Origin: Octopus vulgaris
Taxonomy: Eukaryota
Reading direction: 5' to 3'
Assembly: GCA_951406725.2 (NCBI GenBank)
Contig: OX597816.1
Span: 170,500,001-170,564,000, forward strand
DNA: 64,000 nucleotides
The position numbers and the translations under genes were made by a program. Positions 56,545-64,000 of this stretch are shown here, piece by piece. Each line of letters opens with the position of its first letter. Within the stretch, counting starts at the first letter, position 1. The notes under the pieces were generated by a model. That model was given only the letters and a program-made list of their open reading frames with translations. It was not told the origin of the DNA and did no database searches.

Positions 56545-57520
56545 TAATTGGTTTAACCAGAAATGCAACATATTAATAAAGTTTTGTCATGTAGCTTGCC
56601 GAGTCCGGAACTGAAAAATCCTGGCAATCTAGAGTCAATAAAATCTTGGAAGGCCTGTTTTACAGCATCGTCAATTTTTTATTTTTGTATGAAAAAGCTA
56701 TCGAAATTCTGGAAGGAATGGTAGCCAGTGGTGGTAAGATCAGCTGAGTATAGTGGATGATGGAGAACTTCCAACTCCAACTCCCGTAGTTTCACCCATG
56801 TCCTTTCTGCGATGTGTTGTCTGTCAGTTTCTTACAATAAAAGAATACTGGATCTAATGATTAATCTATTCTGGTTTTTGTAAGTTTCTGCATCATTTGG
56901 TCCAGTTGGCTGCAGTATACTCCGGCCGTGATTGATGAGGCAGATTCAATGTAATCATAATGGATGACACTGCGCCAGACCTCCAAACACACACCATCAG
57001 CTTCTTTGGATGAATTTTGCTTTTTTGGACTGTTTTTTAGTGGCTCGTTCTTGTGTAACATTGCGCTGAGCGTTAACAGCTGTTGTATTGCATCCATTTC
57101 TCATCACATGTTACAATTCGATTCAAAAATGATTCATTTTTGTGACGAGAAAGTAGCATAATGCAGCATTCCAAACGTTGCTGTTTCTGATTTCCCTTGA
57201 GTTCACGTGAAACCCACTTATCCAAATCTTCACTTTACCGATTGATTTGAACTAGGTGAGTCAATATTATTTGCTTGCTAACACCAAACAACAACGATAA
57301 TTCACGTAAGACTGAGGTGGATCTGACTCGACGGTCGCTTTCAGTTCATCATTATCCACCTTTATTTCTGGTCGACTGTGTTGCTCATCTTTGAGGTCAA
57401 AGTTACCAGAACGAAATTTTCGCAAACCAATGTGTGCTGTGTAATAACATTGGAATGAAATACTCCATTAAGAAAGAACCCATATTTCAAAACTGTGCGA
57501 ATTTCCGAGTTATCGATCTC
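56545..57520 (-). pseudogene. Decayed mariner transposase
   Basis: VLHHPLYSADLTTTGYHSFQNF (YSPDL motif), VYCSQLDQM and VW..VIHY. Confidence 0.8.
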
Positions 57521-57942
57521 TAAACAAAATATTTATTCCGAACTTCTGAGCTCTGAGCTCATCTTTCTCCCAAGTCAAATTTTGCCATTCATCATTTCGA
57601 GATCGACAAAAAATTATAGCTATACGTTGTGGTAGTTGTTCTTTCTCTTTGCCTTCTGAATTGAAATCCTGCCACCGCCTGCCTGTGGGTTAACCTTAAG
57701 CCGTAATCCAGTCAAACAATCTGGCTATGTCGGTGCCATGAGACGGTGTCATGGACACTGCCTTTCATCCTGACAAAAAGATATAAAAACAAGACTTGCA
57801 AATCATCTGAGCATGTTACAAACTGACTGACAGTATCCCATTATAACGTGCTACGATGAAGAAAAGTGAGAAAAGTCACAGGTAAGAGATGGAATAGTTG
57901 GGGTGAAGTATAAGCTTAATATGTAGAAGTCAAACCTATAAT

Positions 57943-57973
<31 letters not shown>

Positions 57974-58064
57974 ACATATATATATATTTGTATGTACGTA
58001 TTAATGCAACATATTAATATATTTGTATGTACGTATTAATGCAACATATTAATAAAGTTTTGCC

Positions 58065-58235
58065 ATTCCTCTGTCTTCCCTTCTCTGGATCTTTCCTTCT
58101 CCTATGTTCCCGACGAAGAGCTCCGCTCGAAACGTTAAACCTTCCTTCTTTCCTGAGCGTCCAATAATACTATATTTGTTCCACGTCCTCCCGTTATTGT
58201 GTTTTTTTGTGCTCTCTTGTTTGGATTAACTTTAT
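58065..58235 (+). mobile_element. PLE-type tail with a mutated minimal hammerhead (58106-58140)
   Basis: GTTC-CCGACGA-A-GAGCTCCGCTC-GAAACGTT-AAAC. Inverted homolog of 59535-59750. Confidence 0.65.
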
Positions 58236-58249
58236 ATATGTATATATAC

Positions 58250-58401
58250 TGGCTGTGTAGTAAGTAGCTTGCTTTCCAACCAATTGGTTCTGAGTTCAGC
58301 CCCACTGAGTGGCACCGTGACAAGTGTCTTCTGCTATAGTCTCAGGCCGACCAAAGCTTAGTGAGTGAATTTGGTAGACGAAAACTGAAAGACGCCCGTC
58401 G

Positions 58402-58449
<48 letters not shown>

Positions 58450-58638
58450 GTTTGTGTTTGTCTCCCCAGCATGCTGGTGTGTTTGCGTCCCTGTAACTTA
58501 GCGGTTCGGCAAAATTGACTGATAGAATAAGTACTACGATTACATAGGATAAGCCCTGGGATCGATTTGCTTGACTAAAGGTGGGTGCCCCAGCATGACC
58601 ACAGTCAAATGACCGAAACAAGTAAAAGAATAAAAGAA
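58250..58638 (+). mobile_element. OK-type SINE, diverged
   Basis: Similar to the other copies. Confidence 0.85.
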
Positions 58639-58695
58639 TATACATATATCTGTATCTGTATCTGTATCTATAACTATATCTATATATATATATAT

Positions 58696-58743
<48 letters not shown>

Positions 58744-58828
58744 TATATATATATATATATGTAGGTGCCGGGTTGAGTCGGGGTTAACCACAGTAAATAA
58801 GGTACTCAATACATAGCAGAGTAAATTA

Positions 58829-58922
58829 ATTTATTTTATTGAAGGAGCTTCTACAGGACTAGAACTGTTTCATTTGAATGAAACAGTTCTAGTCCTGTAG
58901 AAGCTCCTTCTATAAAATAAAT
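58829..58922. repeat. Near-perfect palindrome with a 34-bp perfect core
   Basis: 58841-58874 is the exact reverse complement of 58877-58910. It extends 11 more bp after one mismatch. Confidence 0.92.
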
Positions 58923-59479
58923 AAATATATATATATACATATACTAGTCTAAGCTGGCTAAATATGCAATGTATTATTTAAATCATATAATAACAAAGAT
59001 GATTGAAGGTACAGATAAAAATAATAGACTATATCAGTTAAAATGAACTGTTAATATAAAATAATTCTGTAAGGAATTTAATTTTCTTTCATCACGCTCT
59101 ATAAATGGAATATAACCGTTCACTATACAACTTTCACTTTGTTTCCATTTCGTCTCCGATAATTTTCGCTTTTTCTTCCACTCCATTGTTTATTGATAAT
59201 AACTTGTTTTCATTTCAGTGCTTCGGGAATTTCCGTTCTGCAATGGTGCGCGTTCCCATCCAATCTATAAGTAATCTTCTAAGTATATAAACACCACACA
59301 TATGCATACACAATAGGCATGCATACACTTGCAAGATGCACGGATATATAAAATATGCATACATGTGTATGAGGGGCATACACACCTATATGTGGATGTA
59401 TAAATATATATGTATGTATGAGAGAGAGAGAGAGAGAGAGATATGAATGCATATATATGTATGTAAACATACGCACATG

Positions 59480-59530
<51 letters not shown>

Positions 59531-59534
59531 CAAT

Positions 59535-59750
59535 ATAAAGTTAATCCAAACATGAAAACACAAAGAGAAAACACAACAACGTGAGGACGTGGAACAAGTA
59601 TAGTTTTATTGGACGCTCAGGAAAGAAGGAAAGAAGGAGGGTTTAACGTTTCGAGCGGAGCTCTTCGTCAGAAACATAGGAAAAGGAAAGATCCAAAGAA
59701 GGGAAGACGGAGGGAAAAAAGCGCCAACGGTACACACGCGGTCACATTTT
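59535..59750 (-). mobile_element. PLE-type tail flanked by (TA)n
   Basis: Homologous to 58065-58235 and carries an intact hammerhead core. Confidence 0.7.
59641..59675 (-). ncRNA. Minimal type-I hammerhead ribozyme
   Basis: GTTT-CTGACGA-A-GAGC-TCC-GCTC-GAAA-CG-TT-AAAC. Intact CUGANGA/GAAA core, palindromic ACGT helix III, GUU cleavage triplet. Confidence 0.65.
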
Positions 59751-59809
59751 GAATTACAATATATATATATATGCATAATACACAGCTGCTACATGTTTGG
59801 GAAATTCAC

Positions 59810-60526
59810 TCTGTGGGTGTGTTTGTGGAATTGTTAGCTAACTCCTCCTCCATCTTTTTATCGATTTTGATGAAACTTGACACGTGAGTAGACCTTATGT
59901 CTAGAAACCTCATGGAATACTCAGATTGTTGAAAAAATCGATAATAGAGCCCTTGGAAGGGATCCTTATCTATATCTAATATATTTCATATTAATAGCCA
60001 AGGGAAGTAACCCATTCGCCCAGATTTTAGCAGCCAAAGGAAATAACCTATTCATATTCCTAAATTATTTGGTAAAAATGAAATTGAGTATGCTTATTTC
60101 TTACTATTTGAACTGTTAGAGTTATTTTTGCAATTTATCCAGTACAACCCTTAAACAAGTGAATAGTATTTTCCTAAATAATAGATCCACTTATTTCGGT
60201 TAGTGACTTATTCACGAATGTACCAACACTAGCGTCCCCAAGGATAATATTCTCTGAGAAGGCACAAAAGCCCTTTTCAGAATTATTTTCATATCTGAAT
60301 GGACTGTTATTACGTAACATGTTTCACGATTTTAGCATACATACCTTATTGGGTATTCCTAAAAACAAGGCCCTGTGTAAGACAATTCTGTATTCTCTGT
60401 AAATGCACAAAAGCCGTTTTAAGAGCTACATACTTTGTATTGTTGTTATTGGATTAGCGAAAGAATTATGAGAACAGAACCAAGGAATAAGCTCTGCTTT
60501 CCTGGGAATTACCGGGTACGCAGCTA

Positions 60527-60527
<1 letters not shown>
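59810..60527 (+). mobile_element. Non-autonomous Helitron-like element
   Basis: ctaactcctcc...cgattttgatgaaactt 5' module and 3' CCGGGTACGCAG-CTAG|T. Confidence 0.55.
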
Positions 60528-60559
<32 letters not shown>

Positions 60560-60744
60560 CATAATATATATAGTATATATATATATATATATATATATAT
60601 ACTATGATTTCGGTTAGACATTACGATACTGGCAACCTGCTGTTCGAACTCAACGTATTTATATTTTAAAGGAAAGCATAATTGAGTTCAGAGCATAATA
60701 TAAATTGATGAATGACAAAAGAACAGGAATCATATACTTCTTTA

Positions 60745-60832
60745 CATTGGGTTACAGCTATTTCTGCGGCAAGAAGCATCGCATGAGCATTCAGATGAGT
60801 GCTTCTTGGAGCAGAAACAGCTGTAAGCAATG
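60745..60832 (-). ncRNA. Candidate intronic pre-miRNA-like hairpin
   Basis: ~38-position imperfect stem with a 10-nt loop. One A/C mismatch becomes G:U on the minus (host-gene sense) strand. Confidence 0.4.
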
Positions 60833-60879
60833 AAAGTAATTATGTAACGCCTGTTTCTTAGTCATTAATTTATATGTAT

Positions 60880-61140
60880 GCACACGCATAGCGGCTGAAA
60901 TGTTCAAAGATTGACAGAGATATGTGACCAAATGAGGCTTATTTTTCAACATAGTCCTCATCCCACTTTGCGGTCCATGCACTTCTTCTATCAGTGTTGG
61001 TGTGCTTCGACCTGATTGAAGAAGCTTTGATCCTGTTGGTCAAAATATCCTGAGCTGTTGATATGAGTTCATCATCACAGCGGTACTGGTTCTCAGCCAA
61101 GTATTTTACCATGTTGGGAAACGGACGATAATCCGATGTG
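60880..61140 (-). mobile_element. Mariner 3'-end remnant
   Basis: Minus strand reads KKCMDRK...DYVEK*, the typical mariner C-terminus, with a frameshift. Confidence 0.55.
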
Positions 61141-62119
61141 AAAATACGAGCAAGGGAAATAATATTATTAAGATTATGAACGTGGAAAGTTACAGGACAA
61201 GCTATTACACTTGGAAAAGTTTAGGACCAGTTATTACATCTGGTAAAGTACAGAGCAGAAAATGTTTTTACTTAAATTATTACAGCTAAGGATAAAATTT
61301 TAATATTGAAAATTATGTGATTTTAATTTAAAAAGTAGCATTATAATTTAAAACGGTACCATCATTTTGTTAAACTTTTGACACACTAGAATACTTAAAA
61401 AATGAGAGCCAGAAGTATCAATATAGCTAAAGTTTTATGTAATGTAGAATAGTATACATGGTAGGTAAATTAATTATGTAAAAAATAGAGGAATTGGGTC
61501 AAGACTAAATATATGAAGACAGCAATAACTTAGACAATAACTGAAGCAAATTTTACTGTGAATCTTTTGTTTTGGATCGATTTCACAGTAATAAATAATT
61601 ATTTTGTATTATTCTATTTATTGTACTAGCTAATTATGTACAGTTATAAATTTTTTATAACTTATTTTCAAATTTTTAATTATTAATTAATATTTTGAAA
61701 CATGAAACTTTTTAATGTGAAAATTATTTTAAATGGGTTATTCTTCATTTTTTATAGAAGTAACTAGTAATAACAAATAAAAGTAACATCTTGTAATAAA
61801 TTTTTTAGTTTTAATAAAAGCTAATATTTTCTAAATCTAAATATTTTATTTGAAATTTGATCCTTAGCGGCAATATTTTAAGTAAAAATTTTCTTGTTCT
61901 GTATTTTACCAGATGTAATAACTTATGAATTTTCCAAGTATAATAATTTGTCCTGTACTTTTCCAGATTTATAATATTAAGAATATTATTTCTCTTGCTC
62001 GCGTTTTTCCATTAGATATATATATATATATAGTATTTAAGAGGAGAATTCAAGTACGTTCAGCAACATATAAATATATATTCAGCTATAAACTGATGTA
62101 TATTGGTTATTAAAATACA

Positions 62120-63470
62120 TTAATGCATCAGGACTTAAATCTAAACCATCTATCCGGTTAATCTGTCCTACTAAATCAAACTTAGGCAAAATTAATAAAA
62201 CAATTATACACAGAATATAACGTCGAATTAAGGATAATGTAGCCCCCCTCCATTTGGAATTCTACTGGTGATGTAATAACAGGGTTTCTTTCCCTGAAGG
62301 GCAAACATCATATTAACTTCATTCAATTTGTAATTTCTGATTATTACCCATCAATAACATCCAACCTATTGGGTCAAGCATTATCCTTTGCCCGAAACTA
62401 TGTAGCCATTTCTGCATCTCAAACAGACTTAATCCTGGCAGCTAGAAAAACTATAATCAACTTTAATGATAATAACTGGACCCAAAACACAAGCTCTGAC
62501 TTTTTGATATAACAATGGGCTCTCTTGATTCAGCCCAAATAACGGAGCTTGTGGGATTGTTTCTTCTCTCGCAAATTGAGCACCACTTTCTAACATCTCC
62601 GGTGGTCTCTATAAAGACGATGCACTTATCGCAACCAAAAATTTATCCTGTCCAGAGATTGAACCCACTAAGAAATATTTAACAAAATTCCTTAAAAGCT
62701 ATAATCTAAATATTGTGTTTGGAATGGATAATAAAGTAGACAACTTCTTAGATGTCACATTTAACCTTAATACTAATATTCACTATCCATACAGAAAGCC
62801 CAACCAAGCCCTTCACTACTTAAATGTTCTCTCTAATCATCCTAGATCAATCTTTAATGGTATGGTACCGGCTATTTCTATTAAAATTTCAAACTTATCC
62901 GCGAATGAGGAGATATTTAACACTCACGCTCCGTATCAGAACCTAGCTCAAAAATTAAGCGGCTTCAAAAATGAAATATTTTTATATCCCTTATACAATA
63001 CACAAGACCAAAGTTGCCAATGTCTTGACGAGAAATAACTCACAATCTAACACTACGACCTCCTCTTTAGATACACCGATAATGTGTATGAAAAAAGAGT
63101 TTATGGATAAGGCCCAAATACATAATGTGGCATTTAGGAATTTACATAAATATAAACCGTATAACCCCAACCAACCTGGTGGGACCAAGCATTCAAAACC
63201 TAGAAAACGGGAAACTATATGGTTAGCCCCGCCCTTCTCTCTTAGGGTTAAATCATTACCGAAATTATTCTTTAAAATCTTGAAGGGACATTTCACAAAG
63301 CGTCATAAGTACTATCCTACCTTCAACAAATCCTCTGTAAAACTGTCGTACTTTACTACGCCGAAGTTAGGATCGATCATAGGTTTCATTAATAGATCCA
63401 AACATAGGCTTAAGTAATCTACCCACCCAAATCCTTATATTGCACTCCATAACTCAAAAACTTACACTAG
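62120..63470 (+). pseudogene. Naiad/Chlamys-type Penelope-like element RT pseudogene
   Basis: IRLICPTKSNLGKI, YYPSIT, FDITMGSLDSAQITELVGL, GLYKDD, FLDVTFNL..YPYRKPN..SNHP and RETIWLAPPFS. Multiple frameshifts. Confidence 0.88.
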
Positions 63471-63499
63471 TTCTAATGAATGTATTACGTCGGTTTGGA

Positions 63500-63780
63500 G
63501 TCTGGAATGGAATAGCTTACCTTATGGGCAGGAAGAAGCTCTTTAATCTTGGGTGGTAATCTACCCAGGAGAAGGAAATCTCCGAAATAAAGCCTGAGGC
63601 CTTGGAAGTTCCTGGTTTTGTCAATTTTCATGTCACATCGGCGAAAGTCTTCTTGGGCCAATAGGTGGGGCTAGTGCAGTGCAAGCTACCCGACTGAAAA
63701 TTATTCATCTGCACAGGTTCTTCCTGTACAGCAAATCTTAGTAAAAATCATTGAATTGGAGTGTTGGCAGAGACCTAAAA
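63500..63780 (+). mobile_element. Possible RTE-LINE 5'UTR remnant
   Basis: ggtaatctacccaggagaaggaaatctccgaaataaagcc resembles, from memory, the GGAGAAGGAAAACTCTGA motif of RTE 5' regions. Confidence 0.35.
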
Positions 63781-63790
63781 ATGCACTTGT

Positions 63791-63874
<84 letters not shown>

Positions 63875-63905
63875 AAACACGTGCTTTCACACACCAACTT
63901 TCTCA

Positions 63906-63969
<64 letters not shown>

Positions 63970-64000
63970 ACTGAGAATGTGTGTCTGTCTGTATGTAAGT

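Overview
Eukaryotic, AT-rich, repeat-dense genomic DNA. The SINE families (OK-, OR1/OR2- and Nin-domain-type) point to an octopus or other coleoid cephalopod. Almost all ORFs in the supplied track are microsatellite artefacts or decayed transposon fragments. Two short minus-strand exons missed by the track (37295-37409 and 4182-4321) have canonical splice sites and join in frame across a ~33 kb intron. They encode the C-terminal TPR repeats of a TMTC-like protein, so most of the window is probably intronic. The introns hold tRNA-derived SINEs, mariner remnants, MITEs, non-autonomous Helitrons, RTE and R4/Dong-type LINE remnants and Penelope-like element (PLE) remnants. The most interesting non-coding signals are minimal hammerhead-ribozyme motifs in short PLE-type tails beside (TA)n tracts, a pre-miRNA-like intronic hairpin (60745-60832), a 66-bp near-perfect hairpin in a possible Crypton-like element, a MITE carrying telomeric repeats, and a nest of TAA-associated retroelements. 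No intact novel multi-gene system is visible. All family names are from recognition of motifs, not from database searches.
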